A DNA stretch of 63,557 nt, filler included, from Octopus bimaculoides (GCF_001194135.2; 9 parts of 7 records of this genome joined end to end with filler, not necessarily neighbours in it), one strand, 5' to 3'; shown: positions 36,949-49,540, counted from the whole stretch's first letter. Made by a program: numbers and translations. Notes: generated from the sequence alone by a model not told the origin.

Positions 36949-38250
36949 TTAACTGTTGAATAACAGACATTTCAGCTTGGCTGTTTCTGTTTTTAAAGAA
37001 GCAACTTCAACTTTGAGTTTTAGATTTTCTTGTTCCAGAAATGATGCTCGCAAAGCTATTTCCTCCTCCTTCATTCTTCTAGCATCTCGAGAACGTTTAG
37101 CAGCTTCATTGTTTTTCCGTCTCCTTTCCCAGTAAGCTTCATCTTTTTGGTTGTCTGGCAGGGACCTGGGACGCCTTTTGGCAGGGGTAGTTGTTACCAT
37201 AGTACAGCTTGATGATGTGGAGGATATGGAGGATGTAGAGGGCGGAGTTATTGAGGATGAAATACAGTTTGTTGCAGCAGTGGCACTAGCTGTCGCTGTA
37301 GAGTGTCGCCCAGCTGTCGATGGTATGGATGGCGCTAACATATTCGGGAGAGACGCTATAATACTGTTACCACTGACACTTTCGGTAACACAACTGGGAA
37401 TGCCAGAGGCAAGGAATGTATAGCGATGTTTATCAACCCCACCTAACTTGTGCATATGATCTTTGTACATTGATAACACTTCTTCATTTCCTACACTCTG
37501 TACATTTCCAAGAATAGGGGATGTACACCCAGGTGGATGTGGTGATATAAGCTCTGAATATCCAACTGTATTAGCAGCAATAGCAGACATTAGTGCAGTT
37601 TCATTCATGTGATGAGGTCGTAGTTGACCACCACCTCGCCAAACTCCACTTCGAGGCTGGCGCTGAGGAATGGCATGGTGCCTTTGTTTTTGCAGAGAAG
37701 GGGAGGAAAAAGAATGAGATCTTTCTCTGAGAAGAAAATCCGAGGACATGCCAGCATCAATCAGCTGACCATTCACAAGTGAAGTTGACATGGCATCTGA
37801 AGATTTGCTGTCACAAGGACCAGATAAAATATGTTCAGATGGCATATCAACAGGAGACACACAGCCATTAGTGCCACCACAGTCATTATATATATTGGAA
37901 GAATTTCTTCCCGAAACCATTGTATGTGGAGGCGAAGAGGATATGAATGGAGAGTGAATTTCATGTTTTGGTGAATTGCTTAAAGAGTCTATGCCATCTT
38001 TTCGTTTTGGCATAGAAAAATCTAGAGGTATATCTTGCATATAGCTTTCCCGAGGAGAAGAATCATGCCTAGGATCTTCAAGAGTTGATTGTTTTAGTTG
38101 ATGAACATCACTGCCTTTTCTTCGACTTCGGTCTGGTTTGCTTTCCTGAGATGTTTCTAAAGTGTTATCACATACATCCATTGAGTCTTCTTCAGAACCA
38201 CTCTGGCTGTGGGTATTTTCATTTGAAAGTTGAAGATCATTTTGAGCCAT
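36949..38250 (-). CDS. PAR-subfamily bZIP transcription factor, giant-like (giant/TEF/HLF/CES-2 group), 433 aa, single coding exon
   Basis: Uninterrupted non-repetitive ORF. C-terminal [41 protein letters not shown] basic region plus four heptad leucines (36952-37185); N-terminal PLDFS motif (38014-38028); in-frame upstream TGA supports ATG 38250 as the start. Confidence 0.93.
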   Translation of the reverse strand: MAQNDLQLSNENTHSQSGSEEDSMDVCDNTLETSQESKPDRSRRKGSDVHQLKQSTLEDPRHDSSPRESYMQDIPLDFSMPKRKDGIDSLSNSPKHEIHSPFISSSPPHTMVSGRNSSNIYNDCGGTNGCVSPVDMPSEHILSGPCDSKSSDAMSTSLVNGQLIDAGMSSDFLLRERSHSFSSPSLQKQRHHAIPQRQPRSGVWRGGGQLRPHHMNETALMSAIAANTVGYSELISPHPPGCTSPILGNVQSVGNEEVLSMYKDHMHKLGGVDKHRYTFLASGIPSCVTESVSGNSIIASLPNMLAPSIPSTAGRHSTATASATAATNCISSSITPPSTSSISSTSSSCTMVTTTPAKRRPRSLPDNQKDEAYWERRRKNNEAAKRSRDARRMKEEEIALRASFLEQENLKLKVEVASLKTETAKLKCLLFNS

Positions 38251-38318
38251 TATGTAGCAAAACCAGTCGAATGTCTTTCAAATAAATGGCTACTTAAATA
38301 GTTGCCTTATAAAACAAT

Positions 38319-38344
38319 CTGGAAAAAAAGAAAAAAAGAAAAAA
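38319..38344 (-). promoter_or_regulatory. Splice acceptor (polypyrimidine tract + CAG) of a 5'UTR intron of the bZIP gene
   Basis: Minus strand TTTTCTTTTTTTCTTTTTTTCCAG|ATTG, 68 nt upstream of the ATG. Confidence 0.75.
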
Positions 38345-38995
38345 TTTAGAAATATAGAATGAAATCTATGATACTAAGAAATTAATTGGCAAGTAAATAT
38401 TAACATATTTAATACAAATAACTTCAAATGACCTAACTAGAAGTAAGTATCTGTTGAGGAAATAATGTTAGTCAAGTATGGCAGATAACTCCAAACAGGT
38501 GAAGTTGGGATCTAATTAGAAAATTTCATAAACTACATACACACGCACGATAGAGTTATCAGGACAAGCTTCACATACATACAGAATAATTTAACATATC
38601 CAACATCTTATCAGTTAGGACAGAAGAATAGTTTCAGAATGTTTGCTAGATACATATTTTAAATGTGAGCCAGAAAAAAATAAAAAATATTATGAACCAA
38701 TGAAAATAAAATGCTGGTTTAAACATGTCACATCTCCAATGATTTACAGTATTATTTACTTGAAGTTTTAGGTTCAAATATTAACCCTTTTGATACCAAC
38801 CCATCTAAGACTACCCCCAATTTTCATACAATCTTCCTGTTTTAAAGTGACCTAAATTAAAGCCGTCCATCAGAATTCCATGTTTATTTAAGTTCCAAAC
38901 ACTAGTTTGATAACAAAGCTGTTTCACTAAACTCTTAGTTATTTTCAAAATTAACTGAAACAAAAGCAGTGCATTTCGTCTTCCTTCTCAAAATA

Positions 38996-39322
38996 CTCTT
39001 TACTCTTTTACTTGTTTTAGTCATTTGACTGCAGCCATGCTGGAGCACCGCCTTTAGTCGAGCAAATCGACCCCAGGACTTATTCTTTGGAAGCCTAGTA
39101 CTTATTCTATCGGTCTCTTTTGCCGAACCACTAAGTTACAGGGACGTAAACACACCAGCATCGGATGTCAGCCGAAGTTGGGGGGGGGGGACAAATACAG
39201 ACACACACACATATATAGAGGCTATAGTAGAAGACACTTGCCCAAGGTGCCACACAGTGGGACTGAACCTAGAACCATGTGGTTGGTAAGCAAGCTACTT
39301 ACCACACAACCACCCCTGCGCC
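38996..39322 (-). mobile_element. tRNA-derived SINE, family A (internally deleted), in the putative intron
   Basis: 3' module 38996-39210 joined directly to head module 39217-39322. Confidence 0.85.
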
Positions 39323-40723
39323 TATAAATGTCTTACCATCTGCCCAACTCTAGACATTAGTTATTTGTATCACAATGCAATAAAGTGTTCCATGGTGATC
39401 TGTTGTGGTTAAGCATTCAATTACATTCAATTACACAGAGTTCCAAACAACTGCAATGGTGAAACATACAGAAGAATAATATATATTTGTGTTGTTTATA
39501 ATTCCACACACACATGTGTATGATGTAGAGTGTCATTTGAAGGAGATTTGACTGTTGTTTGAAGTAGATCTGATACAATAAATACTTATCCATTGGAATC
39601 TATTCAATCCACTACACTTCAGAGTATTGATTAGCCGTCTACAATGCACAGTGAAAAATCTGAGCACAACCATTTGTTACCAAATAACCTTTAATTTTGG
39701 TTTAATTAAAGTTGGTCCACACTCGCTTTTGCATGCAGCATTAAGTGGATAGATCACATCATCTAGCATCATAGATGAAGATAAAACCTGCCGCATTTGT
39801 TGTATTACACACATTGACTAGAGAGGCCCCACCTCTACACTAGGTTGTTTCTGGTTGTTACTCCACTTGGCATAATTTTACTGCGTTTTATTATGTCACT
39901 AATTCTAGAAAAATTAGCATGTATGTATATAAATGTACCTCCTTGCATCATACACATCTCCATGGTTAAAAAACAAATCTAAATGACGTTTGTTTAATGA
40001 TGTAGCACCACTTACCAAAGTCATACCTATGATCCTCACCTGCACCTACTTTTCAAGTATCTTTTCTGTGTTGAAATAGCAAGTCTTAGTAATTGCATTA
40101 TTTCTTTCCTTTTTGGGGGGTAGGTAGGGGACATTGTATCTTGGACTGTTAGCAATTGTGTTCTTCATTCAGATAGCAAAGCATGATTGGAGGGAAATTT
40201 TGGCCTCTATTTTTAGCAAGCTGTTCATTGGCTCAAAGAGGGTTAAGAGTAGGTAATGTATAATGTACACAGTAACGTACCAATGATAATTATCATGATG
40301 CTTAATTAGTAAAGTAAATTACTGAAGCATAGTGGATATGATGATCCCTGCCCACTGCTCATGCTCTAAATACTTCAAACACTTTATCTCTATGATTTAA
40401 TAGTAGGCCATATTCAAAACTCTTGTAAGAATAGAGAGATGTTTGCACACAGAGTGGAAGACAGAAGACAAACAGGCAACTATGTCTATACATATATAAA
40501 CAAGTAGTGTAAGTGGATTCAGAGAGTTGTGTAGTTACTACTGATCACATGATTCTCAGAATCCACTTATGCTACTGACCAAATCAATTTAATTTTGTTC
40601 ATTTTTGGCCTTCCATATATTGTATATAAAAAAGTTTCATGTGCATATTTAGGGTTGAATTTTTGGTGTAACCATGATGTACCTGTGATCTGATGAGCTA
40701 GCTTTCATGCTGAGCATTCATAA

Positions 40724-40933
40724 TACAGTAATCTCTCACCATATTGCAGTTGTGGTTTATTATATAAGCTTACGTTGATTCCTTCGTTGTTGTTTTGCAT
40801 TTATAATAAAATAAATATATGCAAATTTTAAAAAGAAAAAACCTGAAAAAACTATTGTTTCTACTTCATGGATTTTCATCTATTGCGGGGTTTTTGGGAA
40901 TGTAACATCCACAATAGTTGAGGGATTACTGTA
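40724..40933. mobile_element. Tigger/pogo-like MITE with TA duplication
   Basis: TA-CAGTAATCTCTC (40724-40737) and GAGGGATTACTG-TA (40920-40933). Confidence 0.75.
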
Positions 40934-41896
40934 ATGCAATCATGTAAGCATAATTTCTTCTATATAAATTAACAGTGCCAAAGAAGGTTGTGAAATAAAT
41001 GAACCCTACTCCTTGAGTCTACGGCTTTACAATATATAAACACAAACACGTATAAGCAGCAAACAAGAGAAATAGTCAATACAAAAACAGAATGCAATAG
41101 TTTATTTAGAGTGATTCAGTGTTGTCTAAGGATATGTAGAGGGGAACTCAAGATTAACAGGTTACTATATTGGCCTAAATAAAATACATTACATACAACT
41201 CATAGAAGCTAGATAAATTGTCAAGTAATATACAGATAAACAAAGTTAAGCTACATAGATTAGACATTCCCCTTGACCTGCTAGAAGCAACAATCAAAAT
41301 CACCCTTAAATGATACCATAACTGTTTTAAAGGAAGGATAATGTAGCCAAAGGTACATTGTGACTGAATAAGTGATAGTACAACTACATTGGCCAGAGCA
41401 CATCTGATTAAAGTTGGGCTACGGCTAAATAATAACACCAAATATTGAATCTCTTTAATTTGATGTTTGACAGCTATTGAATAATGGTTACACATTTTAT
41501 GCGTATGTTTGTAAAAGGAACAGGCTCTCCTTGTAGTCCAGTAGACAAACACATGACTTGATTATTGTGGAAGATCTTATTCAGTTTTCTGTCACTACAC
41601 TACTTGTAACTAGACTTACACTATCTTTAAAAAAATCTTTACATAAATGTGTCTCACTATTTAGTAACCAGTGTTTAAGATACTGTAATGTAGCAGTTCA
41701 GTATAAAGAAACAGATAGGGTAAGTAAGTAGGATAAGTACTAGCCCCTAATAAGTACTGGGGTGGTGATGATAATTGAACTGACAAAATCTTCCAAAGAA
41801 GTGCCCCAGGATGGCCACAGTCACTAACTGAAACAAGCATAAGAATCTATTGCATGTATTTAAGTCACGATATATACTATATAGTTATTGTGTATA

Positions 41897-42061
41897 GGCG
41901 TAGGAGTGGCCTCGTGGTAAGTAGCTTGCTTACCAACCACATGGTTCCGGGTTCAGTCCCACTGCGTGGCACCTTGGGCAAGTGTCTTCTACTATAGCCT
42001 CAGGCCGACCAAAGTCTTGTGAGTGGATTTGGTAGACGGAAACTGAAAGAAGCCCGTCGTG

Positions 42062-42100
<39 letters not shown>

Positions 42101-42164
42101 ATATATATATATGTATATATATATATGTATATATATATGTATATATATATATGTATATATATAT
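41897..42164 (+). mobile_element. tRNA-derived SINE, family A (young 5' half)
   Basis: GGCGTAGGAGTGGC..GTGGTAAGTAGCTTGCTTACCAACCACATGGTTCCGGGTTCAGTCCC head; runs through a microsatellite into a gap. Confidence 0.88.
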
Positions 42165-42264
42165 NNNNNNNNNNNNNNNNNNNNNNNNNNNNNNNNNNNN
42201 NNNNNNNNTTAATTAATTAANNNNNNNNNNNNNNNNNNNNNNNNNNNNNNNNNNNNNNNNNNNN

Positions 42265-43221
42265 GCTGTTTTCTGCAAGTGCTCTGCCCTTATTGCAGCC
42301 CCTACTTCTCAAGATTTTTACTCACTGTTCTCAGGGCTGCTACAATCATTGGTACTACTGCTACCTTTTTCATCGACCACAACTGCTAACTTGTCATATC
42401 TCTCGACTTTTCTTTCTTCCTTATCGCATACCTTGTTGTCAGCTGGGCATGCTATATCTATGATCCAGCATCATTTGCTTTCTTTCTTAATTAAACCTAT
42501 GTCTGGTTTCCTATTCTCTATCTCATGGTTACACTGAATCATAAAATCCCACAAGATCTTTGCATTATCATTTTTGATGATGCATTCGGGTTTATGTTCG
42601 TACCATTTTTTTGCTCTGTCAAGTTCGTACTTATTGCAAAGTGTCCAATTGACAATCCTTGCTATGTTGTCTTGACATCTCTTATATTCTTTCTGGGCTA
42701 GTGGCATACATTGACTGGTAATATGCCATATGGTTTCACCATTTTGTCCACAAATTCTACATTTATCACTTTCTAATATGTTGTCTGTTCTGTATTTGAT
42801 GTAATTTGTTCTTAGTGCTTGCTGTTAGGCAGTACAGATTAAAGCCTCCGTTTCCGGTTTTAAATCACTTTTAGTCATCCATAGCCATCTTTTTCTGTCT
42901 GTCTAGTCTTCAACATCCCTATGAAATTGTCCATGCATTCCTTTCTTTACTCACCTATTTTCAGTTTCATTCGTTTTCAATTTCTTGTACAGTGCTTTAT
43001 CTTTGCAATCTTCCATCCTACACAAACCTTACCTTCTTACTTCCAATAATAGCAGTTCAGTGGCATCTTTTACATACCATGCTATGTTGTTTTCTTCTGC
43101 TCCAATGCTGTGTTCATATCCAATCAGTCCTCTTCCCCCCTCTTTTTTTTTGGTCCATACAGTTTGTCTGTATCACTTTTTGGGTGAAGTATCCCACATC
43201 TAGTCAGCAACTTCCTTGTCT
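42265..43221 (-). mobile_element. R4/Dong-like non-LTR retrotransposon fragment (post-RT, CCHC knuckle, RLE)
   Basis: KTRKLLTRCGILHPKSDTDKLYGPKKRGGRGL, CRICGQNGETIWHITSQC (CX2CX8HX4C), LWDFMIQCNHEIENRKPDI..IIDIACPAD; 5' side abuts (TAA)n on its sense strand (43222-43300). Confidence 0.9.
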
Positions 43222-43242
43222 TTATTATTATTATTATTATTA

Positions 43243-43298
<56 letters not shown>

Positions 43299-43944
43299 TG
43301 CTATCATTATTATTTTCTAGTCAGGCAATCACTATTTAAAGTCAGAGAATACAAAAGATCTGGGAGTGAGGCACCCCTCTGATTTATCAAAGCGTATTTC
43401 TAGAAACCACTTCAAACCCAGGCTACATCTGCTCCAATAATTGGCAGCAACTTGGTCAGTGAATCCTCTGCAATGGTCAGTGGCAAGATGAGCTGCTATG
43501 AATCACACTATCCCAAAGTGTGTATGCTTGTGACTGGGGAACCCATGTGAGTTTGTATTCTCACTGTCATTGTCAGCTTGTTGGTCAGAGTCGACTCAAC
43601 CCATCCTGGGTATACGCAGCCCCATGTACAAGTAAATAATCATACAAAAATGAAATATTGAAATTCTGATGTAAACTTTTGACATTAAAATAGGAAAAAA
43701 AAAAGGAAAAGAGAAACAAAACTTCTCAGAAATGATTTAAAATGTCAGCAGGAAAAGTATTCATTGCCAGGCAAGGGGTCAACGAAACGAAACCATCAAC
43801 ATTTTCCGTGTCTCTTTTAAAGTGCAACACATCAGCTTGTCATAACATAGTCATAACAATCCATAGCAGATGGCTACATTCACCACAAGGAATTATTATG
43901 AATAACTGCCATTTCTGATTTCTATGTTCATTGAAGGGTTAATG

Positions 43945-44237
43945 AAGGCTTTGTAGTTAGGGTATTCAGATCACAATCATAAGGCCATGAGTTCAATTCC
44001 TGGCAGAGCATTGTGTCCTTGAGCAAGGCACTTTATTTCTCATTGCTCCAGTCCACTCAGCTGGCAAAAATGAGTTGTACCAGTAATTCAAAGGGCCAGC
44101 TTTCTTGTATTCTGTATCACACTGAGTCTCACTAAGGAATACAATAAGAGTGCACATGTCTGCAGAGTGCTCAACCATTTGTGTGTTCCATTGATTGCAT
44201 CAACAGGAACCTTTGTAGACATAATTGACGGAGCACC
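43945..44237 (+). mobile_element. tRNA-derived SINE, family C
   Basis: GAGTTCAATTCC, TTGTGTCCTTGAGCAAGGCACTTTATTTC..GCTCCAGTCCACTCAGCTGGCAAAAATGAGTTGTACC. Confidence 0.75.
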
Positions 44238-44555
44238 AGTCTTTTTCTTTAAGGATATTCATGGAATGGTTAGAGCATTGGAGAAGATACCTTGTGGTAT
44301 TTGTTGTTGTTTTTGCATTCTGAGCTCAAATCTTGTGAAGGTCAACATTGCAATTCATCTTTCTGGTGTCAATAAAATGAAATACCAGTCAGATACTGGT
44401 GTTGAGGTAATCAACTTACCTGTTCCTTCTGTAAATCTCTGGTTTTGTGCATGTAATTAATTTACCTTGAGTCATGAAATATGGATTTGAAAATATACAA
44501 ATCCTTGTGAGTGGATTGTGTAAATGGAAATTAAAAGAAGCCTGTTATAGATATA

Positions 44556-44775
44556 TCATCATTGTTTAATATCCTTTTTTTCCATGCTGGCATGGGTTGG
44601 ACAGTTTGACAAGAGCAGACAAGCCAGAGGGCTCCACTAAGTTTTATGTCTGTTTTGACATGGTTCCTACAGCTGGATGCCCTTCCTAATGCCAACCACT
44701 TTACAGTCACTCTTTTTATGTGGCATCAGCAGCAGTGAGGTTGCCAAGTATCTGCAAAATAAGACTCCTCAACTG
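44556..44775 (-). mobile_element. RTE-type LINE 3'UTR fragment
   Basis: CCATGCTGGCATGGGTTGGAC...CAGCTGGATGCCCTTCCTAATGCCAACCAC. Confidence 0.65.
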
Positions 44776-44934
44776 AGTGAATAAGAAGTTGTGATAATGG
44801 GAGTTGATGCCTTGCTGAATAGGTGAATGCTTGGCTTGCCCATTTGGAAATATATACATGTGTACAGATAAATGATAGAAAATGAATTAATGACATTCTT
44901 CCCCCCCACCACCACCACCAAAAAAGAAATTCTA

Positions 44935-45185
44935 TTGTTTCGACACATTTTTACACCTTTAGTGCACTGGTGAGATGTTGTGCAATCATTATTTTACATC
45001 CAAGTTGTAAAATGCACCTCCTCAGGTGTCTGTGAACTGCTGGGAATAACATATCACTTTGGGTATGCATTATCACACTAATGACTGTAGGATCTAACAA
45101 AAGACTTATGTAAGCAATCACCTGGGGAGACATCTTGGATGTAAAATATTGATTGCACTAAAGGTGTAAGAAAGTGTTGAAACAA
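44935..45185. repeat. Fold-back inverted repeat (~250 nt)
   Basis: 44935-44966 vs reverse complement of 45154-45185 (about 3-4 mismatches in 32); inner pairs TTTTACATCCAAG/CTTGGATGTAAAA and CTCCTCAGGTG (45018-45028)/CACCTGGGGAG (45119-45129). Confidence 0.85.
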
Positions 45186-45272
45186 GTGTAGAGATTTAAA
45201 ATAACATCTATCATTTATCTATTTATATAAGCTCTGTGGAATTCCTGACATATATCCAGTAGAAGGAACATT

Positions 45273-45807
45273 CGAGACCTCTGGAGATATACTGTGACTG
45301 CGAAGACCCGGCAAATAAAGTGAGTTCACAGCAGTAACCTACACCAGTGTCACATAACCAGCCCCAGCCCATTCAAAAGTACCTTGGAGAGACCTTGAGG
45401 AGACCTCTTGAGTCAAGTACATCAAAATCAAATAGAAATTGTAATTGTGATCCCTGTGCTGGTGGCATGTAAACAGCACCATTCAAACGTGGCCGATGCC
45501 AGCACCATTCAAACGTGGCCGATGCCAGCACCGCCTTGACTGGCTTCCATGCCAGTGGTACATAAAAAGCACCAACCAATCATGATCAGTGCCAGACTCC
45601 CCTGGCCCTTGTGCCAGTGGCACATAAAAAGTACCCACTACATTCTCTGAGTGGTTGGCGTTAGGAAGGGCATCCAGCTATAGAAACACTGCCAGATCAG
45701 ATTGGGGCCTGGTGCAGCCTCCTGGCTTCCCAGACCCCAGTCGAACCGTCCAACCTATGCCAGCTTGGAAAACGGACGTTAAACGATGATGATGATGATG
45801 ATGATGA
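45273..45807 (+). mobile_element. RTE-type LINE 3' end (ORF terminus + long 3'UTR + (GAT)n tail)
   Basis: RDLWRYTVTAKTRQIK* at the 5' side, then UTR ending GGAAAACGGACGTTAAAC(GAT)n; 26-bp tandem duplication at 45474-45525. Confidence 0.7.
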
Positions 45808-46640
45808 CTTGCCCAAGGTGCCATGCAGTGGGACTGAACCCGGAACCATGTGGTTGGGAAGTAAGCTTCTTACCACACAGCCACTCTTACACCTATATTT
45901 CTATATGGTTTCAGAATATGTTTGTTAAAACATCTTCATCCTAGATTTAAATATTTAAATATTCGAAATAAAATGTAATTTTTACTTTCAGTGCAGTTTT
46001 TTTGTTTTGTTTTTTTTTTGTTGTTGTTTTGTATATTGTTATCGTGTCTTATTCCTGCAACATGTCCTCATTTCGCACTTGTGTCCATGTATGTCATCAA
46101 ATTTCTGACAAGTGTCAAAGCATACTACATCACCNNNNNNNNNNNNNNNNNNNNNNNNNNNNNNNNNNNNNNNNNNNNTTAATTAATTAANNNNNNNNNN
46201 NNNNNNNNNNNNNNNNNNNNNNNNNNNNNNNNNNTATATATATAAATATATATGAATATGGGTAGAGAGAGAGAGAGGTGTATGTATCCGACTCAACCTC
46301 TTATCAACAGATGTTGGTCTCTTTAACTTCCTGCAACTTCGCGGTTTTGGTAAAAACGAAATCATAGGATAACTATCAGGATTTAAAATATGCACTCGGT
46401 TTTATTTCCTCGAGTAAATATTTCAAGGCGATGCTCCAGTATGGCAGCAGTCCAATGAATGAAACAATTAAATTATGATATATATAGAAGAGAGAGAATG
46501 TTATATTAAACCTCTGAGTGAAATATAATCAGTAACATAACGGAACCGTAACATATATTTGCCAACTCTGCGTGGTGTCCTATAGAGGACAGTGCTACTG
46601 ATGTTTATAAGCCTAATTAAACACAGAATGTTTGTCATTA

Positions 46641-46972
46641 GCCGCTAAGTTACGGGAACGTAAACACCAGCATCGATATTGAGGCGGGGGAACAAACACA
46701 GACACACAGACATATACACACACATACATGCATTTATATATATATATATATNNNNNNNNNNNNNNNNNNNNNNNNNNNNNNNNNNNNNNNNNNNNNNNNN
46801 ATATATATACAATGGGCTTCTTTCAGTTTCCGTCTACTAAATCCACTCACAAGGCTTTGGTCGACCCGCGGCTATAGTAGAAGATACTTGCTCAAGGTAT
46901 CACGCAGTGGGACTGAATCCGGTACCATGTGGTTGATAAGCAACCTATTTACCACACAGCCACTCCTGCGCC
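46641..46972 (-). mobile_element. tRNA-derived SINE, family A
   Basis: Reverse complement of head, core and part of the 3' module, spanning a gap in the central microsatellite. Confidence 0.85.
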
Positions 46973-47515
46973 TATAAATATATAACGTATACATATATAC
47001 CTACATATATTCGAGTGTGTGTGTGTCTGTGTGTGTGTATTCATGTAAACATTTGCATGTGTAAATTTATACATATATACATTTGTTCACATGTGTAAGT
47101 ACATCTATTTTTTTTCCCTCGCTGTATTTAGTGAACCATTAATGTATTTCCGTATTTATTCATTTAGTGAAATTCTACAAAAAATCATTAATTAAAAGAC
47201 TCGTGTTTTTATAAAAGAGGTGCAATGGTAATCAACAGACGCATTAATCAAATTCGAGGTTCATGATATTTTATTTTATTTTATTTTATTTTATTTTATT
47301 TCCATCTTTCGTTTGTATGTGGGCGTTTATATCATTTTGCGCCGGTGTGTATATCTTTGTGTATTTTTATATATGTACATGTGTGCTTGTGTGTGTGTGT
47401 GTACTTATGTTCATCCTCGCATAATATGTGGTAAATGTATATGCTTCAAAACATCTGATCATGTATGCTTGCATACATAATAATAATAATTACAATAATA
47501 ATGAGGATAATGATA

Positions 47516-47694
47516 TTGGTTTCAAGTTTTGGTACAAGACTATCACGATCGATTATCGATATTTATTTTATCGAACCCCAAAAGAGGAAATATAAAGTCG
47601 ACCTCATCAAATTTGAACTCATAACGTAAATACGAGCGAAATATCACCAAGTATTTTGCTCGGTGTGCTAACGATTCTGCCAGCTCGCCGCCTT
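47516..47694 (-). mobile_element. tRNA-derived SINE, family B (partial copies also at about 47746-47840 minus and 47900-48130 plus)
   Basis: AAAGTCGACCTC..ATTTGAACTC..GTGCTAACGATTCTGCCAGCTCGCCGCCTT. Confidence 0.75.
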
Positions 47695-48585
47695 AAAAAA
47701 AAAACAAAAAAACAAAACCCAACTGTAACAACAACAACAATAATAACCCTTTCTACTGGAAACACAAGGCCTCAAATTTAGGGGAAGAGATTAAGTCGAT
47801 TACATCGACTTCTGCGTAACTGGTAGTTAATTTATCGACCCATCAACAACCGGGTATTTTGTATGTGTATGTATGTATGTATGTACGTCAAAAAACACGA
47901 AATGTCGCTAAGCATTCATAACGGAGATGACAGTAAAGTGTTACAAAAGGCGTCGAGGAGACAGACTCGTTATCACAACAGACCAAAAGTTCTGTGTTCA
48001 AATTCCATCGAGGTCGACTTTACCGTTCCTCCTTTCTGGGTCTATAAAATAAGTAATAGATTCACACTAGTGTCGATACAAGCCCCTCCACACAAACCTT
48101 TAGGTTTTGCGTCAATAATAGACAAAACATTAAGGGGTTACTATAGTAAGCACCTATTGTAAGAAACCCTTAAATACTTTATGATTGCACAAGAGATTAT
48201 AAGAACCGAAAATATCAGAAAAAAATATTTGAAACCAAATTCATATAACCATTTTGTTTTTTGTTTTTTTGGACGTGAGACATCCTGTAATAGAACGCAG
48301 TGGAGTGGTAGGAAGAACTAGATACACACACACGTACATACAACACACTTACACACAGACACACGCAAACACACACAAGCACACATAAAAATGTACAAGT
48401 ATTTTCAAGAGTAGGGAGACATGGAGTTATGTTTCCAATGCTTTTAACGCATCTTACAACATCTGCAGTGGAAGAAGCCATTGAAAAGCGTAAACGGGAG
48501 AAAAGGTCTTCCGTCAAATGCAGTGATGACGAAAACAGAATTGTCGACAACGTTGTGTATTCTTTTATCTATTATTTTTAAAATC

Positions 48586-48795
48586 CTTTTACTTGTTTCA
48601 GTCATTTGACATCGGCCATGCTGGGGCACCGCCTTTAGTCGAACAAATCAACCCCAGGACTTATACTTCGTAAGCCTAGTACTTATATTCTATCGGTGTC
48701 TTATGCCGAACCACTAAGTTACGGGGACGTAAACACACCGACATCGGTTGTCCAGCGATACCAGGGGAACAAAAACAAACACACAAACATATACA
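48586..48795 (-). mobile_element. tRNA-derived SINE, family A 3' module
   Basis: CTTTTACTTGTTTCAGTCATTTGAC..GCACCGCCTTTAGTCG..GCCGAACCACTAAGTTACGGGGACGTAAACAC. Confidence 0.8.
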
Positions 48796-49163
48796 TATGC
48801 TTATAGTTGGTACTATTGTGGTCAGGTGATCGGAGTTTGAGCTTCATCGCGCCATTTTTCTTTCTGACTTTACACTGTAAGCATGGCCGCTCCAATGTCA
48901 AGGAAATTCATTCAAATGACATTTGTCGGCCTGTGGCTATAGTAGAAGAAATACTTCCAAGTTGGCTCGCGGTGGGACTGAACTAGATCGGTCGCAATTG
49001 GTCGCAAAGCAGCTGAATTCCTTTAAGAACTGTCAAAAATTGATGTCTGCAAAAAGAAGATTAACAGTGACTTCAAATTTACTTTGTAAGCTCAGATGAC
49101 ATGCCTGACGGAGATAATCAGGAGAAAAATTTCAAAGTGAAAGAGAAAGACAGAGAGAGCGAA

Positions 49164-49202
<39 letters not shown>

Positions 49203-49499
49203 AGAGTAATTGATCGGAGAGTTAGTGTATGCATGTGTGTATTCCTCCACTTAATCCTCCAAGATAAATTTATTTTTGTATTTCACTATGTATGCATATA
49301 TATATATGGTTGTGTGTGTGCATGTGTGTGCCTATATATACATACATGATACCTTATATATTCTATCAATATTAATTGTATATAATAATCAATGGCTTAA
49401 CGCCTCCCTCGAACATTGTCGTCAGTGAGTAACCACACACACGCGTATATATACATATATATATATATGTATATATATATATGTATGTATATGCATATA

Positions 49500-49540
<41 letters not shown>

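Noticed and set aside
37151-38285. Short ORFs at 37151(+), 37773(-) and 38085(+) overlapping the bZIP CDS
   Set aside because: Antisense or alternate-frame shadows with no independent features.
38781-38990. TTAA-CCCTTT start suggesting a piggyBac-like MITE
   Set aside because: The matching right end could not be assigned confidently.
40690-40720. CTGATGA-GCTAGC..GCTGAGC, hammerhead-like 5' half
   Set aside because: No GAAA core follows, even across the adjacent MITE.
41639-45113. D-box/PAR sites TTACATAA (41639) and TTATGTAA (45106), suggesting autoregulation
   Set aside because: Several such AT-rich 8-mers are expected by chance in 63 kb of this composition.
48469-48582. Plus-strand frame VEEAIEKRKREKRSSVKCSDDENRIVDNVVYSFIYYF* after a CAG
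   Set aside because: Weak acceptor, no recognisable domain, no partner exons; cannot support as an exon.
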